From an uncultured virus (IMG/VR IMGVR_UViG_3300025669_002088) (taxonomy: Duplodnaviria; Heunggongvirae; Uroviricota; Caudoviricetes), in the IMG/VR virus record IMGVR_UViG_3300025669_002088, positions 1 to 64,000 of that record: a stretch of DNA of 64,000 nucleotides, one strand, 5' to 3'. The translations under genes were made by a program, and so were the position numbers. This document shows positions 57,319-64,000 of this stretch, in pieces (the stretch's first letter is position 1; every line of letters begins with the position of its first letter). The notes beneath the pieces were generated by a model. That model was given only the letters and a program-made list of their open reading frames with translations, did not search any database and was not told the origin of the DNA.

Positions 57319-58146
57319 TCACGGGGCGATCTTGAACAGGGACCGGATAGCTTCAGGATCGATGGGAACGCCCGCTTCCTTTGCGTGTGCCGACGCTTCC
57401 TTCCCCACCTTGCATGTGACCAGCTTCTCCCGATCCAGGCTGTAACGGACGTACAGGCCCACAGGGAGGCGTTTGCGGATAATCTCCTTGGCCACGGTCT
57501 TGGCACTCTGCTTCGGAGACCATTTACCGTTCGGTGCAGGCTCCCGGACGATTTCCCCGAGCTTCACCCCATCAATATAGATGGTACCCGGAGTAGGTGC
57601 CCTGGGGTTCCCCTCCTCCCCTTCTCCGACGTAGACCTTGGCCCCCAAGATGACGTTGCCGTCCACCTTGAGCGTCTCGAAGACGGGCTTGGACACGGGA
57701 GGACCACCCAGCGTAGTACCCTCGTCCATCTCCTTCCCCGGAAGAGTCAAAGGTTCCACCCCCGAGTCCAGCATCCTGTCAGCCTTGAGACCCCCCATTA
57801 CCTCCCTGAAGTTGTCCTGAATTTCCTGAACAGCTTCGGAAACGTCCCGGATTGTAGCCTCCAGGTGCCCTGTGGCGTGAACCTCACCGAGAAGATCAGT
57901 AAGAAAATGGCCCCTCCACTCCGCTGTGAGCTTGGCGTTGCTCCGCTCTACCAGCGCCTGATAATGGAATCCCGTCCACATGAGAACTTGGACGAAGTCG
58001 TCACCGTAGATCTGTCCGCCCCGGACGACCCCCTTCTTCCGTAGGGTGAGGGACACCAACGTTCCCTGACCAAGGGAACCGATGTCAGTCAAAGTCTGGG
58101 CCATTTCCGTATCCGTTGCAATCACTTGTGTCGTCATTTGCTGCAC
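57319..58146 (-). CDS. hypothetical protein, paralog of 54501..55265
   Basis: Shared motifs as listed for 54501..55265; GGAGG RBS. Confidence 0.75.
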   Translation of the reverse strand: MQQMTTQVIATDTEMAQTLTDIGSLGQGTLVSLTLRKKGVVRGGQIYGDDFVQVLMWTGFHYQALVERSNAKLTAEWRGHFLTDLLGEVHATGHLEATIRDVSEAVQEIQDNFREVMGGLKADRMLDSGVEPLTLPGKEMDEGTTLGGPPVSKPVFETLKVDGNVILGAKVYVGEGEEGNPRAPTPGTIYIDGVKLGEIVREPAPNGKWSPKQSAKTVAKEIIRKRLPVGLYVRYSLDREKLVTCKVGKEASAHAKEAGVPIDPEAIRSLFKIAP

Positions 58147-58227
58147 CTCCTGTCTGTACTACTCCATCGGGAAACGAAGGGATCATCTGAGAGGCCCACT
58201 GAGTAGACTTGGTAGGAGGGTCTGACT

Positions 58228-58560
58228 ATGGCGGAAAAGGACGACACCAAAGAACTGAAGATGTGGTACGCTTTTGGGTTTCGGTCTCCCACGCAGTCAC
58301 ACCACCTCTATGAGGGGCGTATCGAGGCCGAGACCATAGAGGACGCCTTCGACTTCGTGTTCCGCCACGCTGACAACAGGAACAGGTTCAAACGCTATGT
58401 CGGTTTTTGGGTGCAGGAAAACATGATGAGCCGCACAGGGGATCTGCGTGTCGGATGGATCACCCCCTCAAGATACATGTCCCCCTCCTACCAGTGGAGA
58501 TTACGAAAACCCGAAGACGTCCCGTTGAGGACGGAGGTGACAGCAAATGAAAACCCCTGA
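58228..58560 (+). CDS. hypothetical protein, first gene of the helicase operon
   Basis: Promoter motif at 58179 plus AGGAGG RBS. Confidence 0.65.
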   Translation: MAEKDDTKELKMWYAFGFRSPTQSHHLYEGRIEAETIEDAFDFVFRHADNRNRFKRYVGFWVQENMMSRTGDLRVGWITPSRYMSPSYQWRLRKPEDVPLRTEVTANENP

Positions 58561-60526
58561 AACTCGTACCTTGCGCCCCTATCAGCAGGACTGTTTCCGG
58601 CACTTGTTCCGGCACGTCACCAACGGGAGACGAGAGGTAGTGCTGAGTGGTCCCACCGGAAGCGGCAAATCCCTCATGGTGACCTATCTGGCCGAACGGT
58701 TGCTCAACACGGAGATGTTTCGGTTAGCCGTTGTTCTCGCCCCACAGTGTCAGATTTCGGATGCCTTCATCTATGAGGGAGACCTGAAGATCCGCCCCAG
58801 CGAGGAAGTACCCCAGGGAAGAGTGTCTGTTGGGGGGCCACTCACGGTAGCGGCCCTTCAGTGGTTCCAAGTTCGGGATGGTAAGCGCCGGGAGTACCTC
58901 AAAGATCACGTCAGAAGTGTCCGCCCGGTTAACCGGGTGCTGGTCACGACACATATGGCGGCGGCAGTCTGGTTTGCCCCTGACCTTCTCCCCAAGGACA
59001 TGACCGGGCGTCTCCTGATCGTGGACGAGGCACACCACACAGCCCCCGAGAACGGTGTGGGTACCTTCGTCAAGGAGTGGCAGACCCGAGGGGGCACAGT
59101 CATTCACGTGACTGCCACGCCCTTCCGCACGGACGGTGATACCCTTATTGATGACAACGCCCCCCGCTGGGACCGCACGCTGGCATCCCACATGGAGGGA
59201 GGCCAGTACGCACCGGGGCAGCTTTCTTTCCGCACACATCCTCTGGGCATAAAGGCGAACACGACGAATCAGCTTGCTGGCGAGTCCATGACCAGTACTG
59301 CCCCACTCCAAACCTGTATCGACATCGTGGACTTGTGGGTCAAGGACAAGCGCCCCAAGGCTGTCATCATCGTCCCCGCTAACAGTGCCGATGCGTGGTC
59401 TAAACGGCTGGAGGACGAGTTCACCAGGCAGGGAGCGAGGGTACACAACGCCATCAAGGGGGGGCAACGAGCCACCGACGCCCTCAAGCACCTCCTCCGA
59501 AAGGAACGTCGGGTCCGAGCCTACGAGGACTCCACCGTAGACGTGATCCTTGCCTGTGCCCGGTTCAATGAGGGAACCGACTGGCCCCTGTGCAGCCATG
59601 TCTACAACATCGGCCTGACCAGTTCCTTCGTCCGCATCCTTCAACGCCTGGGGCGGGCGTTGCGCTTCAAGGGAGCCATCGATGGCTACCCCGAGGAGCA
59701 CAAGAACACGGCCACCTTCACCTTCCTGGTACCCTGTGTGACCGAGAACTTGTTTGCCCAGTTCGAACAGCAGCACCAGGATCATGCCTTCCTGACGGCG
59801 TGCTTCATGGCGGATTTTAGTGTCGGCCAGGACTACATCCTGGGGGACATCCAGCGACGTTTGGAGGACATCGGGCACAAGCGTCAGGGCAAAAAGCATC
59901 GCCCGGCGGAGGAAACCTGGGAGGATGTCACCCAGTTCATCGGGGCTGATGTTCAACAGTGCCGGGAGGCCATGGGTCTCATGGTCAAGGCCGTTATCCT
60001 TCTCCGTGAGAGTGGGGTCAAGAAACCGACCAACAAAGAGGTGGCCCACTACCTGAGGACAGCGATGCGGTTGTCCAAGGAGCAGATGGAACAGGCTGAA
60101 CGAGCACTGGCGTACAGCATCCTCAAAAAACAAACCCGAGCCTTCTCCTACTTTCACAAGACCCTGTGGAGGAAGGCCCAGGGCGGGGATTTGTCTGACT
60201 ACCGCATCATCCGAGAGGAGTTGAGGCCGGTCTTCGACGCAGTGATCCAAGAGTTCGAAGGGGCGACGGCGGACATTGGTCAGGCGGACAGGGTCGTTGA
60301 CTTCCTGTCCCGTTTCGAGGGCAGGACAGCGAAGCAGGTCGCTGAACGTCTGAAAGCTGCGATACCTCCGCCACAGTTCACCTTGGCTCAGATAGATGAC
60401 GCCTTGATGTCCTACTTTGAGGAGCACAAAGTTGAACCCCCTATTGATAACACCGACGCTTCCCCTCACTTCAAGCTCCCCCCGATCACAATCAACTGGA
60501 AGCAGGTCTACGGGCAGATGCCATGA
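58547..60526 (+). CDS. superfamily 2 (DEAH, ResIII-like) helicase
   Basis: LRPYQ, GPTGSGKS, DEAHH, TATPFRTD, EGTDWP, Q.LGRALR. Confidence 0.9.
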   Translation: MKTPETRTLRPYQQDCFRHLFRHVTNGRREVVLSGPTGSGKSLMVTYLAERLLNTEMFRLAVVLAPQCQISDAFIYEGDLKIRPSEEVPQGRVSVGGPLTVAALQWFQVRDGKRREYLKDHVRSVRPVNRVLVTTHMAAAVWFAPDLLPKDMTGRLLIVDEAHHTAPENGVGTFVKEWQTRGGTVIHVTATPFRTDGDTLIDDNAPRWDRTLASHMEGGQYAPGQLSFRTHPLGIKANTTNQLAGESMTSTAPLQTCIDIVDLWVKDKRPKAVIIVPANSADAWSKRLEDEFTRQGARVHNAIKGGQRATDALKHLLRKERRVRAYEDSTVDVILACARFNEGTDWPLCSHVYNIGLTSSFVRILQRLGRALRFKGAIDGYPEEHKNTATFTFLVPCVTENLFAQFEQQHQDHAFLTACFMADFSVGQDYILGDIQRRLEDIGHKRQGKKHRPAEETWEDVTQFIGADVQQCREAMGLMVKAVILLRESGVKKPTNKEVAHYLRTAMRLSKEQMEQAERALAYSILKKQTRAFSYFHKTLWRKAQGGDLSDYRIIREELRPVFDAVIQEFEGATADIGQADRVVDFLSRFEGRTAKQVAERLKAAIPPPQFTLAQIDDALMSYFEEHKVEPPIDNTDASPHFKLPPITINWKQVYGQMP

Positions 60527-61230
60527 ACAAGTTCCGCAAAAGACTGGCCGAAATGGGGCTGGTGGAACCCGTATCCGAATGGTTCCTGGACTACGTGGCC
60601 CGTATGACACGGTACATGGAGGAAAATGACGGGAGGACACCCCCTCAGACGTATGCCTGCGAAGATGGGTACAAGCTAGGGTCGAAAACCAACTCCATCC
60701 GAACTAGCTACCGCCGAGGAACTGGTCATAAGCTTACGTCCGAGATGATTCGGATGCTCGATGACATTGGCTTCCCGTGGAACGGGAACGGGTGGTTCAA
60801 AGGTGTCCTTCGCCGTCTGATTGAGTACAAGGCGGAACACGGTCACTGCGCCCCCCCTGGCACGCATGTCCACCATGACGGATACAAGCTGGGGAAACGA
60901 GTACAAGTGATCCGTTCCGGAAGGAGGGGCATAGGTAGTCTCAAGGTCACCTCCGAGATGGTCGAGCAGCTTGACGCTATAGGGTTTGTCTGGGACGCCT
61001 GCAACACTGGCAAATGGTGGCCAGAGTTCTACGCCCACATCAAAGCGGTGCTGGAAAAGTACCCCGTGGGCCACATCCCGAAGGACTACGTGTGCCCCGA
61101 TGGGTACAAGTTGGGAGAAAAGGCGAGCCATGTTCGATGCGGGAGACGAGGCAAAGGTTTCCTCCAAGTGATCCCCGAGATGATCGCCAAACTTGATGCC
61201 CTCGGTTTCCTCTGGGTGGTTCCGAGATGA
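60523..61230 (+). CDS. helicase-associated (HA) repeat protein, 3 repeats
   Basis: W...L..YK.EHGHC..P...DGYKLG......R...LD.IGF.W units. Confidence 0.85.
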   Translation: MNKFRKRLAEMGLVEPVSEWFLDYVARMTRYMEENDGRTPPQTYACEDGYKLGSKTNSIRTSYRRGTGHKLTSEMIRMLDDIGFPWNGNGWFKGVLRRLIEYKAEHGHCAPPGTHVHHDGYKLGKRVQVIRSGRRGIGSLKVTSEMVEQLDAIGFVWDACNTGKWWPEFYAHIKAVLEKYPVGHIPKDYVCPDGYKLGEKASHVRCGRRGKGFLQVIPEMIAKLDALGFLWVVPR

Positions 61231-62153
61231 ACAAGTTCCGGCAACGCCTCAGTGTGTTGGGTTATGTGCCTTCCTGGCCAGCTTGGTTTGACCTCTTCCT
61301 GGAGAAACTGAAGGAATACAAAAAGGAGCGTGGGCACTGTCAGGTGCCTAAATCCTACAAGTGTCCCGAGGACGGGTACCATCTGGGGGAACGGGTAATG
61401 GTTGTTCGGTCAGCTAAGAGAGGCAAAGGGAACGTCACACTGACCGACGAGATGACCAAGGAACTCGACGCCATCGGTTTCGTATGGGATCCGAGGGAGT
61501 GGTTCCCTGAGTTCCTGGAGAAACTGAAGGAATACAAAAAGGAGCGTGGGCACTGTCAGGTGCCTAAATCCTACAAGTGTCCCGAGGACGGGTACAAGCT
61601 CGGGGGCAGAGTAGATAATGTCCGACAAGCTAAGAGAGACAAAGGGAGACTCAAAATAGCCCCCGAAATGATCAAGGAACTCGACGCCATTGGGATCGTG
61701 TGGGATCCGAGGGAGTGGTTCCCTGAGTTCCTGGTGAGGCTGAGGGAATACAAAAGGGAGCATGGCCACTGTCAGGTGCCGACGTCCTACAAGTGGCCCG
61801 AGGACGGATACCATCTGGGGGAACGGGTAAGGGGTGTTCGGTCAGCTAAGAGAGGCAAAGGGACGGTCATCCTGACCGACGAGATGACCAAGGAACTCGA
61901 TGCCATCGGGTTCGTGTGGGATCCGAAGGAGTGGTTCCCTGAGTTCCTGGTGAGGCTGAAGGAATACAAAAAGGAGCACGGGGACTATCAGGTGCCCACA
62001 TCCTACAAGTGTCCCGAGGACGGGTACAAGCTCGGGACACGGGTAAAGGGTGTCCGACAAGCTAAGAGAGGCATAGGCAGGATCAAAGTGACTCCCGAGA
62101 TGATCAAGGAACTCGACGCCATCGGTTTCGTGTGGGAGGTCATCCGTGCGTAG
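61227..62153 (+). CDS. HA repeat protein, 4 repeats (216-bp tandem units)
   Basis: GGTTCCCTGAGTTCCTGG recurs at 61501, 61717, 61933. Confidence 0.88.
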   Translation: MNKFRQRLSVLGYVPSWPAWFDLFLEKLKEYKKERGHCQVPKSYKCPEDGYHLGERVMVVRSAKRGKGNVTLTDEMTKELDAIGFVWDPREWFPEFLEKLKEYKKERGHCQVPKSYKCPEDGYKLGGRVDNVRQAKRDKGRLKIAPEMIKELDAIGIVWDPREWFPEFLVRLREYKREHGHCQVPTSYKWPEDGYHLGERVRGVRSAKRGKGTVILTDEMTKELDAIGFVWDPKEWFPEFLVRLKEYKKEHGDYQVPTSYKCPEDGYKLGTRVKGVRQAKRGIGRIKVTPEMIKELDAIGFVWEVIRA

Positions 62154-63150
62154 GAGGAGCAACAAATTCAGACTGCGGCTCGTTGAGCTTGGGCGGATGA
62201 AACCTTGGCCAGCGTGGTTCGATGAGTTCCACTCCCACCTTCAGACGTACAAGGCGGAGCACGGGGATTGTGAAGTGCCCCACAACTACAAGTGTGAAGA
62301 CGGGTACCGCTTAGGGAACAAGGTGGGGCGAATCCGTTCCGCAAGGAAGCGCCCATCAAACCGTGTGTTGACGGAGGAGATGAGTACTGCCCTCGATGCC
62401 ATCGGTTTTGACTGGCTGGCTCCAAAAGATCGCTGGTTCCAAAAGTTCCGGGTTCGTCTGGTGGAATATATGACCGCTCACGACGGCCAAAACCCACCCG
62501 TTCCTTATGAGTGCCCCGATGGATACACCCTGGGTAAAACTGCCGCCGCTGTTCGGGCAGCGAAACGGGCAAGGGCACTGAATAAGAAGGCGTTCCGGCA
62601 ACTCACGGATGAGATAATTGCTGACCTGGACGCACTTGGATTTGAATGGGAACCCTCGGAATGGTTCCCCGACTTTGTGCAGCGTTTGCGTGAATACAAG
62701 GCGGAACATGGGAACTGTTCGATCCCTGTCAAATTTGAATGTGCGGATGGACACAAGTTAGGCCTGAGGGTCCAACGCATCCGAACGAGCATCCGCCGGT
62801 TGGAGGAGGGCAGCGATGAGTCGATGCCCCTCCAGGTCACCCCAGAGATGGTCTTAAAACTGGATGCCCTCGGGTTCGAGCGGGACCGGAACCTGACGGG
62901 CAAATGGTTCCCCAAGTACCTCAGTCACCTGACGAAGTTCTACCGGGAGCACGGCGACAGCATGGTGCCCAGGGGATATTGCTGTCGGGATGGGTACAAG
63001 TTAGGGGCCATGACGAACAGCGTTAGAGAGGGCCGTAGGGACGCAACAGGTCGGAGGAAAATCACCCTGCCCATGGTTGCTGATCTAGCTGCCCTCGACT
63101 TTATGTGGGATGTTCGAATAACGGGATCATCTCGGCCACCTACAGAGTAG
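62146..63150 (+). CDS. HA repeat protein, 4 repeats
   Basis: Same repeat consensus. Confidence 0.85.
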   Translation: MRRRSNKFRLRLVELGRMKPWPAWFDEFHSHLQTYKAEHGDCEVPHNYKCEDGYRLGNKVGRIRSARKRPSNRVLTEEMSTALDAIGFDWLAPKDRWFQKFRVRLVEYMTAHDGQNPPVPYECPDGYTLGKTAAAVRAAKRARALNKKAFRQLTDEIIADLDALGFEWEPSEWFPDFVQRLREYKAEHGNCSIPVKFECADGHKLGLRVQRIRTSIRRLEEGSDESMPLQVTPEMVLKLDALGFERDRNLTGKWFPKYLSHLTKFYREHGDSMVPRGYCCRDGYKLGAMTNSVREGRRDATGRRKITLPMVADLAALDFMWDVRITGSSRPPTE

Positions 63151-63169
63151 TCTTGGTAGGAGGTCGTCC

Positions 63170-63970
63170 GTGGGCAAAAGGAACAACAAATTCCGTGAAC
63201 GTCTCGCCAAGCTTGGGCTGATGAAACCTTGGCCAGCGTGGTTCGATGTGTTCCTGGCACATCTGAAGGCGTACAAGGAAGAACACGGGGACTGTAAGGT
63301 GCCGCAGCTTTACAAGTGTACTGACGGGTACACATTGGGGAACAGGGTCGGGGACATTCGCAGGTTTCGACAAGGGAAAAGTGTTCGGACAGTGACTCCC
63401 TCAATGGTGCCTGTACTGGATCAACTCGGTTTCCTTTGGGAGATCCCCTGTTGGTTCGACGAGTTCCTCCGGCGTCTGAAGGACTATAAAGCCGAGTACG
63501 GCCATTGTCAGGTGCCCACCCAGTACAGATGTCAGGACGGGTATAGACTTGGCCCAAAAGTGAATGCTGTTCGGACAGGCAAAAGGCACAAAGTGGGCGT
63601 CCAAATCACCCCGAGCAGGGCGGAGAAACTTGAGCAACTAGGTTTCCTGTGGGATGTCCCGACAGAGTGGTTCCCGGAGTTCCTGGAACATTTGAAGGCG
63701 TACAAGGCCGTGCATGGCCGTTGTCAGGTGCGTGGCACCTATGTATGCGATGATGGCTACAAACTAGGCCATCACACAGCGGGGGTACGAAATCACCGGG
63801 TCTTGACCCCCACTATGCGGAGCCAACTCGGTGCTCTCGGCTTTGTCTGGGACGCCACCACGAAAGGGCAGTGGTGGCCGGAGTTCCTTTGTCACCTCAG
63901 AGAGTACATGGACGCACACGGGGGACAGACACCCCCCCAAAAATACGTCTGCCCCGGCGGATGGCCGTAA
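63170..63970 (+). CDS. HA repeat protein, 3 repeats plus a truncated fourth
   Basis: Same consensus; own promoter motif (63123..63150) and AGGAGG RBS. Confidence 0.83.
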   Translation: MGKRNNKFRERLAKLGLMKPWPAWFDVFLAHLKAYKEEHGDCKVPQLYKCTDGYTLGNRVGDIRRFRQGKSVRTVTPSMVPVLDQLGFLWEIPCWFDEFLRRLKDYKAEYGHCQVPTQYRCQDGYRLGPKVNAVRTGKRHKVGVQITPSRAEKLEQLGFLWDVPTEWFPEFLEHLKAYKAVHGRCQVRGTYVCDDGYKLGHHTAGVRNHRVLTPTMRSQLGALGFVWDATTKGQWWPEFLCHLREYMDAHGGQTPPQKYVCPGGWP

Positions 63971-64000
63971 ACTGACACCCACTCAGATCAACCAGATTGA

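Larger units (their letters stand above)
12592..63150. promoter_or_regulatory. dispersed 28-bp motif GGGATCATCT-N12-GAGTAG (putative phage promoter), ~21 copies
   Basis: Minus-strand copies (left coordinate): 12592, 14578, 18462, 20982, 22360, 22701, 26251, 29785, 30304, 33173, 33501, 36059, 48162, 49784, 53244. Plus-strand copies: 36476, 49823, 54436, 56671, 58179, 63123. Degenerate copy at 38903. Confidence 0.85.

Noticed and set aside
10161..58164. Isolated GAGTAG half-sites (10161, 22765, 43986, 53812, 58159)
   Set aside because: They lack a convincing upstream GGGATCATCT box, so they were not counted as promoter copies.
60523..63970. Diversity-generating retroelement behind the HA repeat variation
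   Set aside because: There is no reverse transcriptase in the window, the differences are not adenine-restricted, and all copies are coding.
1..64000. Stop-codon reassignment (as in some large phages)
   Set aside because: Known genes are full length under code 11, and TAG, TGA and TAA all end genes at expected positions.

Overview
This 64-kb window looks like part of a large (jumbo-type) bacteriophage or phage-like element. It is dense with small hypothetical genes and contains no rRNA or housekeeping operon. Recognisable genes include a glycosyltransferase/methyltransferase/radical-SAM cluster, uracil-DNA glycosylase, a DNA methyltransferase, RtcB and two other RNA-repair-type domains, ThyX, LAGLIDADG and HNH endonucleases, a WGR-PARP, a macrodomain and a bL12-like protein. 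There is an interference-only type I-C CRISPR-Cas locus (cas3-cas5-cas8c/cas11-cas7, 17 repeats, no cas1/2/4). The most notable unexplained structure has five parts. (1) About 21 copies of a gene-oriented bipartite motif, GGGATCATCT-N12-GAGTAG, a putative phage promoter that also precedes cas3. (2) Two solitary CRISPR repeats far from the array, one lying between that promoter and a gene's RBS. (3) An IS607-like TnpB element plus two 350-bp promoter+omegaRNA-only derivatives, one of whose predicted guides matches an empty site in this window. (4) A 163-nt promoter-driven RNA carrying two tRNA-Ile(GAU)-like arms. (5) An SF2 helicase followed by four separate helicase-associated (HA) repeat proteins with a hypervariable helix and a shared N-terminal peptide. 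All calls come from motif reading by eye; no database searches or folding programs were run.
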